A stretch of DNA of 64,000 bases from Sphingobacteriales bacterium (lineage in GTDB: Bacteria; Bacteroidota; Bacteroidia; AKYH767-A; OLB10). This document shows, piece by piece, positions 41,382 through 50,073 of the stretch. Location: contig JAJTFW010000001.1 of assembly GCA_021299095.1 (NCBI GenBank), forward strand, positions 46,537 through 110,536, in the 5' to 3' direction. The notes beneath the pieces are model-generated. The model saw only the letters and a list, made by a program, of their open reading frames with translations, did not search any database and was not told the origin of the DNA. The translations under genes were made by a program, and so were the position numbers. The stretch's first letter is position 1. The number at the start of each line of letters is the position of its first letter.

Positions 41382-41743
41382 TTCGACTCCTCGTTATCCT
41401 GTTCCATCAGTCGCTCGGTGAGCGACGTTACAACAGAGAGCAGTAAACTGAACAACATCGCAATCCAAAAGCCATCCACCCTGAATCCCTCGCTAAGTAA
41501 ATACGCAGTTAATAGAATTATACTAGCATTCACGACCAGTAAAAACAAACCAAGTGTGAGGATCGTGACTGGCAGGGTGAGAAAAACGAGAACCGGTTTT
41601 ACATAGGCATTCAGCAGTATCAGGACGAAAGAGACCAATACCGCCCAATTGACATTTTCCACCTCGACACCAGGTAACACTGCAGCGAGCAGAAAAACAG
41701 TCAAGGATGTGACCAGAATCCGAATCAAAAAGCGCATCGTCAA
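41378..41743 (-). CDS. Small membrane protein of the phage-holin-4/YvlD (DUF360) family
   Basis: 121 aa with four hydrophobic helices. The pattern LPGVEVENVNWAVLVSFVLILLNAYVKPVL resembles YvlD-type proteins. The 3' end overlaps the convergent nuclease gene by 4 nt. Confidence 0.6.
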   Translation of the reverse strand: MTMRFLIRILVTSLTVFLLAAVLPGVEVENVNWAVLVSFVLILLNAYVKPVLVFLTLPVTILTLGLFLLVVNASIILLTAYLLSEGFRVDGFWIAMLFSLLLSVVTSLTERLMEQDNEESN

Positions 41744-41829
41744 AAAAGACTACAATCAAATATACACATTGCGCGCTGATACCCTAAACTTTGCAACAGG
41801 TTCATTGTTTAATTTCAAGAATCAAACGA

Positions 41830-42360
41830 ATGAAAACCTATCTCCTCACCCTGCTCATCGCACTTAGCCCACTACTTATTTCGGGTACTGGGCCAGAATC
41901 CGCCTACTCCTTCAAATTAAAAACCATTGATGGAAAACCACTGGAGCTCTCCTCCTACCGGGGCAAGAAAATCCTCATTGTCAACACCGCCTCCGAATGC
42001 GGATACACGTCCCAGTATGCAGCATTGCAAACGCTAAGTGAACGACACAAGAACCAAGTAGTTGTGATTGGATTCCCATGCAATGATTTTGGAGGGCAAG
42101 AGCCAGGAACAGCCTCCGAAATCCAATCCTTTTGCAGCAAAACGTATCAGGTCAGCTTCCCCATGGCTGCCAAAGTATCCGTTAAAGGAAGTAATGCCGA
42201 TCCCTTTTTCCAATGGCTCTGCAACCAAAAGAACCCGGATTTTACGGGCGATATCCGCTGGAACTTCGAAAAAATCCTACTTGATGAAAACGGCAAGGTG
42301 ATTCGTCGATTCCGTTCCGGTGTAAAGCCCCTTGATCCGGACCTCACCGGCGCGCTTTAA
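41830..42360 (+). CDS. Glutathione peroxidase (Cys-type), with signal peptide
   Basis: NTASECGYTSQY (active-site Cys encoded by TGC, not TGA), FPCNDFGGQEPG and WNFEKIL motifs. ATG 41830 gives the signal peptide MKTYLLTLLIALSPLL. Confidence 0.9.
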   Translation: MKTYLLTLLIALSPLLISGTGPESAYSFKLKTIDGKPLELSSYRGKKILIVNTASECGYTSQYAALQTLSERHKNQVVVIGFPCNDFGGQEPGTASEIQSFCSKTYQVSFPMAAKVSVKGSNADPFFQWLCNQKNPDFTGDIRWNFEKILLDENGKVIRRFRSGVKPLDPDLTGAL

Positions 42361-43050
42361 TCAGGATGTAGTTGTAAGCTGCATACCCTTGCCATGCAGG
42401 GATGTTATCTCGACCGATGCATCGTTTTTCAGGTATTTCCTGAGCCGGGTAACGAATACATCCATGCTTCTTCCGTTAAAGTAATTGTCGTCGCCCCAAA
42501 TCAATTTAAGGGCTTTTGTACGCGGTAGTAAATCATTTCTGTGAAGGCAAAGCAGCCTGAGTAATTCGGCCTCTTTGGGAGTCAGTGACTGTACCTGCCC
42601 ATCTGCAGCAAGGGACCTGTGCTTGTAATCGAAGGTAAACTTACCGAAACCGAAAACCTGTTGATCCTGTTGCCTCACTTCACCGAAGGAACGTTTCAAT
42701 ATCGCCTCGATTTTAAGCAACAGGACCTCCGTATCGAAGGGTTTAATAAGATAATCGTCGGCTCCTATCTTGAATCCATGCAGAACATCCTCCTTCAAAC
42801 TACGGGCCGTTAGCAAGAATACTGGTGTTTGTCGATCGACAGATCTGATTTCCTTCAAAACAGAGAACCCATCCATCTTAGGCATCATCACATCGAGAAT
42901 GACGAGATCAAATCCACCCTGCGCATAGGCTTCAAGGCCCCATTCTCCATCACGGGCAAGCTCAACGCGATAAGCATTCATCTCCAGAAAGCCCTTCAGG
43001 ACATTACCGAAGTTGAAATCGTCTTCAACAAGCAAGATTTTAGCTGACAT
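42361..43050 (-). CDS. OmpR/PhoB-family response regulator
   Basis: ILLVEDD, DLVILDVMMPKMDG and LTAR receiver motifs, plus a winged-helix output domain (MDVFVTRLRKYL). Overlaps the upstream kinase gene by 11 nt. Confidence 0.92.
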   Translation of the reverse strand: MSAKILLVEDDFNFGNVLKGFLEMNAYRVELARDGEWGLEAYAQGGFDLVILDVMMPKMDGFSVLKEIRSVDRQTPVFLLTARSLKEDVLHGFKIGADDYLIKPFDTEVLLLKIEAILKRSFGEVRQQDQQVFGFGKFTFDYKHRSLAADGQVQSLTPKEAELLRLLCLHRNDLLPRTKALKLIWGDDNYFNGRSMDVFVTRLRKYLKNDASVEITSLHGKGMQLTTTS

Positions 43051-44710
43051 GATTAAGCTGATTTAATGGCAGAGATACGTTAAAACAACTTCCCTTCCCG
43101 GGTTCACTCTCCACATCGATTGTTCCACCGTGTGCTTCAATGATCGCCTTCACATAACTCAGGCCCAAACCGAAACCCTTCACCGAATGTAAATCTCCGA
43201 CCTGCGCACGGTAAAAGGTATCAAAAATGCGTTTTTTGACCTCTGCACTCATGCCCATACCCTGATCCAGGATGGAAATCAGTACTGAATGTACATCACC
43301 GTTCACCAAAATGCGAACACGTGGTTTTTCGGGACTATACTTAATCGCATTGTCAATCAAATTCGCAAAGGCATTGCCCAAATGAAACGCATCTGCATTT
43401 AATTGATGTGCTGGTGCATCGCACTTGAACTCAAGTACCCCTTCCGCTTCGTGAATCTTAAGCTTGAATGCATTGACTGACTCCTGCAATACTGAAACGA
43501 GGTTGACTTTCTTTCGTTCCAGCTGAAGTTCCCCTTTCTCGATTCGGGCCATTTGCAAAACCTTATCGACCTGCCTGAGCATTCGCTGGTTTTCTTCCTC
43601 AATGACCCCGTTATAATATCCGAGCTTCTCCACGTCTGACTGGATCTTCGAATTGCGCATGGCGGCAGTTGCAATCGCTATGGTTGCAATAGGAGTTTTA
43701 AATTCATGCGTCATGTTGTTGATGAAATCATTTTTCATCTCAGCGAGCTTTTTCTGACGAAACACGAGCCATACGGTATAGGTGAATCCGGATACGATCA
43801 CAGCCATGAATACCAGCGACAATACGAGTACAGACCACATTTCCCGTAAAACCAAGGATTGGATCCGGGTGACGCTAATGATTAGCTCATCCTTCCTTCC
43901 CAACACATCGTCGGGAAACAACACAGCATGAAATGGACTCAGGTGCGCCTCGCCCGTATCGGCACCCGGCGAACTATATGTAATGCCATTGCTGATACCA
44001 TCACGGATATAAAAAGCCGTTGGTTTTTGAATTCCGGCTGCCAAAAAACGCAGACTGAGAATACTATCCATAGCAGCCGGACTGATGCGCTGCGTAGCCG
44101 TAATTGCAGGATCAACCACATGAAGTGATAATTTCTGAACCATGTTACGGAAGCGCTTCATTCTGCTTCTTACGCGGGCATCAACCGAGTTCAAGAGTGA
44201 ATCACCCGTGAGGCCGGCCTCAAGTTCAAGGTTAATTACCTCCTTACCGTTCAGTTCTTTCTCAATCCGTAGTGCAAGCCCTTGAGAACCACCTGCCGAT
44301 CCAATCTCTGCATCCGCAATGTCAATCGAACCGGATGCTCCACCTCTATAGGCTCGAATAATTTGATCCAGACGTTTTCGAACGAGTTCGTCACGGGCAC
44401 TTCCGGACTTATCGCTGAGGCTTCCACCACCACTTATCCAATCGGAAATCTGAACAACCAGACTATCGGGGAACAGCACTGAGCCTGCGCTTGAGTCGGC
44501 AGCATTAAACACATCGTTCAATACCAGACGCATGCTTTCGCGCGATTGGATGTCCTCTATGGCCTGCTGAAGGGCAAGGCGAACCTGACGGTCGTACTCA
44601 TCTGAACGAATCCCATACTCGTTGCGGATCCAATTGGCCTGAAAAAGTATGATACCTGCAAGGGCAAGACTCATCCCCGCAACCATCCAGCCGAACAAGC
44701 CTTTTTTCAT
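43040..44710 (-). CDS. Sensor histidine kinase
   Basis: N-terminal TM, a periplasmic or extracytoplasmic region of about 250 aa, a second TM, H-box NNMTHEFKTPIATI, N-box NLIDNAIKYS, G-boxes DQGMGM and GFGLGLSYV. ATG at 44710 is preferred. Confidence 0.92.
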   Translation of the reverse strand: MKKGLFGWMVAGMSLALAGIILFQANWIRNEYGIRSDEYDRQVRLALQQAIEDIQSRESMRLVLNDVFNAADSSAGSVLFPDSLVVQISDWISGGGSLSDKSGSARDELVRKRLDQIIRAYRGGASGSIDIADAEIGSAGGSQGLALRIEKELNGKEVINLELEAGLTGDSLLNSVDARVRSRMKRFRNMVQKLSLHVVDPAITATQRISPAAMDSILSLRFLAAGIQKPTAFYIRDGISNGITYSSPGADTGEAHLSPFHAVLFPDDVLGRKDELIISVTRIQSLVLREMWSVLVLSLVFMAVIVSGFTYTVWLVFRQKKLAEMKNDFINNMTHEFKTPIATIAIATAAMRNSKIQSDVEKLGYYNGVIEEENQRMLRQVDKVLQMARIEKGELQLERKKVNLVSVLQESVNAFKLKIHEAEGVLEFKCDAPAHQLNADAFHLGNAFANLIDNAIKYSPEKPRVRILVNGDVHSVLISILDQGMGMSAEVKKRIFDTFYRAQVGDLHSVKGFGLGLSYVKAIIEAHGGTIDVESEPGKGSCFNVSLPLNQLNHVS

Positions 44711-44856
44711 GGAATACAAAGTTATAAAGCGCCTGTTTGCAATGCATAAGCCCTACACGATTAACTCAAGATTAACCCCTGTGTTTATCTTTGGCTTGTA
44801 ACTACGTCTAATTACCTGCACCCACCACAAGCACTGTATTGTAAATTCGAATATCC

Positions 44857-45891
44857 TTGGACAGTATCAGTCAATTCGTTTTAGGTGCTGCAATCGGTGA
44901 GCTTGTTGCAGGACGAAAAGCAGGCAATAAAGCGATTCTATGGGGAGGCGTTGCCGGAACCATTCCCGATTTGGATGTACTTCTCAATCCGTTTATCACA
45001 CCGCTCCAACAACTTTCTGTCCATCGAGGCTATAGCCATGCTTTACTTTTCGCGTTTGTTACCGCGCCACTTTTCGCCTGGCCTGTACACCACCTGCACC
45101 GTAAAAGTTCCCAGGCCACTTACAAGGATTGGCTAATCCTGTTTTTTCTTGGAATTTTCACCCACCCGCTACTGGACGCATTCACTCTGTACGGAACACA
45201 GCTTTTCCTCCCATTCAGCGACTACCGTGTGGCCCTGAATACCATCTCGATTGTCGATCCCCTCTATACACTCCCTCTGCTCATCGGAATTACCCTAGCT
45301 ATGATCCGGAGAAAGCAGAGCGCTGACAGAGCAATTACTACAGCAAGACTTGGCCTGATTTTGTCTTGTGTTTATCTCGGATTAACCTGCATAATAAAAC
45401 AGCACGTTGATCGCCGTTTTGAACAAGCCATACAGACCGCGAAAATCAAGCCGGATGCCTGGTTGAGCAACCCGGTGTTGTTTTCCAATTTGCTCTGGTA
45501 TACAGTGACACGCGAAGAAAGCACCTGCCATATTGCCTACTATTCATTGTTACAAGGCGATCGCCCGATCCGGTTTGAGACCTACCAACGTAACCTATCC
45601 TTACAGCCAAAAATCAAAGATCTAAACGGACTAGGACGCCTGCGCTGGTTTTCCAAAGACTTTTATTTGCTTGAGCAGCAGGAAAAAGGTCTGTTTTTTT
45701 ATGACATTCGTTTTGGGAAAACCAATCTTGATGCCAGCGGAGAGAACGTACGCACCTTCGTTTTCTGCTTCCAATTACCCCAACCCGAACTCACACCGCT
45801 ACCTGTGACTCAGTACATATCACGAAAGGACAGTGACTTCGGAGCTTTTACCCGACAAATAGGTCATCGAATACTGCACAACGGAGAATGA
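44857..45891 (+). CDS. Membrane-bound metal-dependent hydrolase, YdjM/DUF457 family
   Basis: MDSISQFVLGAAIGE...IPDLDV...HRGYSHALLF...THPLLDAFT. The conserved His/Asp pattern and TM layout match YdjM-type proteins. TTG start as listed. Confidence 0.75.
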   Translation: MDSISQFVLGAAIGELVAGRKAGNKAILWGGVAGTIPDLDVLLNPFITPLQQLSVHRGYSHALLFAFVTAPLFAWPVHHLHRKSSQATYKDWLILFFLGIFTHPLLDAFTLYGTQLFLPFSDYRVALNTISIVDPLYTLPLLIGITLAMIRRKQSADRAITTARLGLILSCVYLGLTCIIKQHVDRRFEQAIQTAKIKPDAWLSNPVLFSNLLWYTVTREESTCHIAYYSLLQGDRPIRFETYQRNLSLQPKIKDLNGLGRLRWFSKDFYLLEQQEKGLFFYDIRFGKTNLDASGENVRTFVFCFQLPQPELTPLPVTQYISRKDSDFGAFTRQIGHRILHNGE

Positions 45892-48380
45892 GGCGTTTTT
45901 TTTCAGTTAGATTTCTGGTGCTGTTAGCCACTCTGACATTCCTCAGCCAGTTGATCCTAGCCGAAACGAACAAGGTAGATTCACTTGTGAAAACCTGTAC
46001 AGCAGAACGGGTTCGAAAAGCACCCCGTATCGACGGTAAACTCACCGAAAACGAATGGACGCAAGCGATTCCAACAGGAGGATTCATCCAATTCAGACCT
46101 GAAGAGGGAAAATCGGCCACACAGCCTACGGAAGTGCGCGTACTGTATACTGACTTTGCCCTTTACGTGGGTGCATGGTGTTATGACGCCGAACCTGATA
46201 GTATCCTTACCCAGTTGGGTAAGCGCGATGAGCAGAACCTGAACGCGGATTACTTCTACATCAAATTCGACCCCTATCAAAACCGACAGGATGCCTACGA
46301 ATTCGGTGTTTATGCATCTGGGGTACAACTCGATTCACGGATCAGCGACTTCACCTATGATCCGGTTTGGCACTCGGCTGTTAGCCGAGATTCACTGGGT
46401 TGGTATGCAGAATTCGAAATCCCCTACTCCTCCATCCGTTTTCCGGAACAGGAAGAACAACGCTGGACCCTTCAATTCAATCGGTATATACGCCGGAACC
46501 GCGAGCTCCAATCCTGGAGTTATGTGCCGAGTAGTGCCTCTAACCGGCTACTTTTTTGGGGTGAATTGCATGGAATACGCTCGGTGAGTACCCCACCCCG
46601 ATTGTCCGTTTCTCCTTATGCCGGCGTGAGTGGCGGACGTGATCCCGTTTCGAACCCCGACGGGTCCGTCGGATTTTCAAATTTCTTTTCGTACAACTTC
46701 GGAGCCGATGTCAAATACGGGATTGACGACCGTTTCACCCTTGACATGACGCTTCTGCCCGATTTCGGGCAAGTACAATCCGACAGGCTGGTCAAGAACC
46801 TGAGTTATCGCGAAGTGGTTTACGATGAGAATCGTCCCTTTTTCCGGGAAGGTGTTGAATTATTCGGGAAAGACGACCTGTTCTACTCGCGCAGAATTGG
46901 ACGAGTACCCGGCGGCTACTTCAATGTTTTTGAAGAACTGCAGTCGGATGAACGTATCGTCATCAACCCCATCAGCTCCAAACTGCTGAATGCCGTCAAG
47001 ATATCAGGTCGCACAGACAAGGGGCTCGGACTCGGTTTCTTCAATGCAGTGACCGATGCCATGTATGCAGAGCTTGAATCTACCTCTGGAGCACGAAGAC
47101 GGGTGATGACAGAACCGCTCACGAATTACTCGATTGCAGTGGTCGATAAGCAGTGGAAAAACAACAGCAGCGCCTACTTCATCCACACCTTGGCTCATCG
47201 GGAAGGTAGCGCCGATGACGCTCAGGTAATCGGCACAGGACTCACCTTGAGCAATCGAAAAAACACCCTATCCCTTATAACTGACGGAGTGCTTACACTT
47301 CGATACAACGATCAGAAAGATAAACCTAAACCCGGATTCAACTATTCGCTAGGCCTTGAGAAAAACGGCGGTATTATGCAATACTCCATTGAGCGCAACG
47401 TGACGAGTCCGGATTACAACGTCACCGACCTTGGCTTTTACCGAGTCCCTGGGCTGAACAATTCTGCAGCGAATATAACCTTCAACCGGTTCAAGCCCTG
47501 GAAATTCATCCGTGAGGCGAATGTGAGATTCGATGTGTTCATGGCCGACGATTACAACACATCAAAATTCAGCGACAACTCAGCTTCCATCTCTTCATTC
47601 ATCAACCTGATGTCGTGGAATGCATTGTTTTTGGGCGGTGGAATGAGTTTGATTCGGCCTTACGATTTTTTTGAATCCAGGACCGAGGGACAAGTTTACA
47701 GAGGATTCAGGACCTGGTATGGCTACGCCGGTTTCAGCAGCGATTACCGAAAAGCTGTGGCGATCGATTACACTTTCGGTTTCGGAAATTTCATGGAATC
47801 GTTTTCGTCGTTCAACCAGGAACATGAACTGAGACTTCGAATAAGGACCAGTGACAGACTTTTTATCCAACCTGCCTTGAATTACTCACTCGCCCCAATC
47901 AACTTGGGGTATGCCGGCAGGGATTCTCTCAATGCACCGGTCATCGGGGCGCGTCGCCTCGATACATGGGAAGCAAACCTCCGTGCCGCATTCACCTTTA
48001 CACCAACGATGAACCTGACCCTCATTGCAAGGCATTACTGGTTCACCGGTGCGTACATCGATTACTACAATCTGGACAATGAAGGAGAACTCCTGATTCG
48101 AAATGACAACACATTGAATAGCAATTTCAACTTCAATGTATTCACTGCAGATCTGATTTATGAATGGAGGTTTTCGCCAGGTAGCGTCATCAATGTGGTG
48201 TACAAAAACTCCGTCACAGACGAACAGAGTTCAATCCTACGCAGCTACAGCAGGAATTTCAACCGTATCATGGAGCTTCCGCACGCCTATTCTTTTACGA
48301 TCAAACTCTTGTACTTTCTGGACTACATCCGGGTGAAAGATCGGCTCAGTGGCAAGGGTGAATACCAACAGCCCTGGTAA
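45888..48380 (+). CDS. Large outer-membrane-type protein with an N-terminal CBM9-like domain (DUF5916-like)
   Basis: Signal peptide. APRIDGKLTENEWTQA is the carbohydrate-binding family 9 type opening, followed by about 600 aa of beta-rich sequence. The start overlaps the upstream stop as ATGA (45888-45891). Confidence 0.65.
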   Translation: MRRFFSVRFLVLLATLTFLSQLILAETNKVDSLVKTCTAERVRKAPRIDGKLTENEWTQAIPTGGFIQFRPEEGKSATQPTEVRVLYTDFALYVGAWCYDAEPDSILTQLGKRDEQNLNADYFYIKFDPYQNRQDAYEFGVYASGVQLDSRISDFTYDPVWHSAVSRDSLGWYAEFEIPYSSIRFPEQEEQRWTLQFNRYIRRNRELQSWSYVPSSASNRLLFWGELHGIRSVSTPPRLSVSPYAGVSGGRDPVSNPDGSVGFSNFFSYNFGADVKYGIDDRFTLDMTLLPDFGQVQSDRLVKNLSYREVVYDENRPFFREGVELFGKDDLFYSRRIGRVPGGYFNVFEELQSDERIVINPISSKLLNAVKISGRTDKGLGLGFFNAVTDAMYAELESTSGARRRVMTEPLTNYSIAVVDKQWKNNSSAYFIHTLAHREGSADDAQVIGTGLTLSNRKNTLSLITDGVLTLRYNDQKDKPKPGFNYSLGLEKNGGIMQYSIERNVTSPDYNVTDLGFYRVPGLNNSAANITFNRFKPWKFIREANVRFDVFMADDYNTSKFSDNSASISSFINLMSWNALFLGGGMSLIRPYDFFESRTEGQVYRGFRTWYGYAGFSSDYRKAVAIDYTFGFGNFMESFSSFNQEHELRLRIRTSDRLFIQPALNYSLAPINLGYAGRDSLNAPVIGARRLDTWEANLRAAFTFTPTMNLTLIARHYWFTGAYIDYYNLDNEGELLIRNDNTLNSNFNFNVFTADLIYEWRFSPGSVINVVYKNSVTDEQSSILRSYSRNFNRIMELPHAYSFTIKLLYFLDYIRVKDRLSGKGEYQQPW

Positions 48381-48390
48381 CATGAGTTCA

Positions 48391-49005
48391 TCACCGGGAA
48401 AAAGCACTGAGTAGCTGCAGCATATCCGCTTCAAAAGCCAAGCCCTTGTCTTCGGCATACCAGGTATGTAAAAGGGTGTGAAGCTCCTCTTTCGAATGAT
48501 TGGATCCTTCCTTGGCCTCTGCAAATCGTCTTGAAATGGATGCTGGCCTAGGTCCCCATGTGCCCAAAATGCGTCCTGTTTGAGCATCAACAAACACCGC
48601 TTTCGGTATCGAACGACTTGAACCGGTCAGAAATTTATCCATCAGTTCCGGATGCTCGTCCCGCAGCAAGTAACAATCACGGATTCGCCCCCCTGATTGG
48701 GCAGCCATTTGATGCAACAAGGGAACCAGCTGCGATGCATCACCGCACCATCCTTCGGTCAGAACCAACAGGTCGCAGGTAAATGTCAGCTTACTACAGG
48801 CCTCCGTTAGCTCAGCAGCTGGATGATAGCTTTTATCAAGCCGCTTCATGCGTTGTCGGTTCAATTTGGCTTTTTCAAGGCGCTCGGGCGTCTGCTCCGA
48901 GCCGGTCGTTTTACCCTCGACCAGTAAGCGATCGATCAAGTCGATGTAGTCCGGGTAACTCATACCTTTTGCCTTCCAAAATCCAACGTCCAGGGTCTGT
49001 TCCAT
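48391..49005 (-). CDS. Thioredoxin-fold family protein (single-Cys WCGD motif)
   Basis: LVLTEGWCGDASQLVP sits where thioredoxin-like proteins have WCxxC. The second Cys is replaced by Ser (WCGDAS). Confidence 0.6.
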   Translation of the reverse strand: MEQTLDVGFWKAKGMSYPDYIDLIDRLLVEGKTTGSEQTPERLEKAKLNRQRMKRLDKSYHPAAELTEACSKLTFTCDLLVLTEGWCGDASQLVPLLHQMAAQSGGRIRDCYLLRDEHPELMDKFLTGSSRSIPKAVFVDAQTGRILGTWGPRPASISRRFAEAKEGSNHSKEELHTLLHTWYAEDKGLAFEADMLQLLSAFSR

Positions 49006-49070
49006 AACGCCGGCCAAATTAAGTCATGCATCGACACGTCGCACGTTAACTTTAATATCCTACTACATTC

Positions 49071-49988
49071 ATGAAAAATAGAACCCACAGGTTTTCACTT
49101 GTCGTTATTGCATGCGTGCTCCTGACCACAACAGCTGGAGCCCAGGTACTCATGATCAAGCGGGGTGATGTCCGTTTGACTGGCGTGTATGGCATTACCC
49201 GATACGACCATGTACTCGATATGGATGGGCAGCGTCAACAAATTCACTCCATTCGGCATAGTACATTCGATTTAAAAGCCGACATCGGTCTTCATAAGCG
49301 ATGGAATTTACTGATCAGGACACCCTTCGTTTTCAATAAACTATTTGGCGATGCAGGATTCCTGCCCGCTTGGCGTCGGGACACGCTGCAAGTCGGATCA
49401 GACATCCAAGTCAACAAACTGGGAGATGTTGAAGCTGGGCTTCGTTTCGGTTTTTTGGAGAGGGAGCATGTGGAAGCTGCATTTAGCTTAACCCATGGTC
49501 TGGGAACCGGTTTTAGAGCCGAGTATCCCTATTTGAATACCGGTTATGGCGATTACAACTCCCGTATCCAATTCGATGCCTGCTATCAATCGGATCCGAG
49601 ATGGTATGCGCAGGTGAACATGGCATTCAACAACCACGCCAGCGGATTCAGCGATGAGTTTCATGCCATGGCTCTTGTTCATGCGGAAGTATCCAAATCC
49701 ATCCGGGCTGAATTGTACTGGCGAGGTATGTACAATTTTGAAAATGGACGCTTGGATCAAAAGGCATTTTACAGCGGACTCTACCAAAACAATGCGGCAT
49801 ATATGATGATCGGCGGGGACGGATTTTGGGAGACCTCAAAGGGTTTCGGGATTCAGGCCGGCCTTCAGTGGCCCATCAGAGGGCAGTTCATCGTCGCATC
49901 GCCAATGATCCGAGTGGGTATCACTGCGCTCTTGTCCGAGAAACCCGAGGAAAAAGCCCGCCCATTGGATGAAAAGTTGATGAAATAA
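49071..49988 (+). CDS. Outer-membrane beta-barrel protein, function unknown
   Basis: Signal peptide MKNRTHRFSLVVIACVLLTTTAGAQ, with alternating hydrophobic beta-strand periodicity throughout. Confidence 0.5.
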   Translation: MKNRTHRFSLVVIACVLLTTTAGAQVLMIKRGDVRLTGVYGITRYDHVLDMDGQRQQIHSIRHSTFDLKADIGLHKRWNLLIRTPFVFNKLFGDAGFLPAWRRDTLQVGSDIQVNKLGDVEAGLRFGFLEREHVEAAFSLTHGLGTGFRAEYPYLNTGYGDYNSRIQFDACYQSDPRWYAQVNMAFNNHASGFSDEFHAMALVHAEVSKSIRAELYWRGMYNFENGRLDQKAFYSGLYQNNAAYMMIGGDGFWETSKGFGIQAGLQWPIRGQFIVASPMIRVGITALLSEKPEEKARPLDEKLMK

Positions 49989-50073
49989 GCTCCGGCCGGG
50001 CAACCATCAGCCGTCAGTTTTACGTTAAAGGTCATTGGAAAGCATGCATCTTTGCATAAATGCACGATTCACA

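Noticed and set aside
41378-41743. Holin-family gene as a sign of a prophage
   Set aside because: It is a solitary YvlD/DUF360-type small membrane protein. No endolysin, terminase, capsid, tail or integrase genes are nearby, and the family is widespread in non-phage contexts.
41830-42360. Possible selenocysteine in the glutathione peroxidase
   Set aside because: The active-site residue in NTASECGYT is encoded by TGC (Cys), and the frame has no in-frame TGA. This is an ordinary Cys-type GPx.
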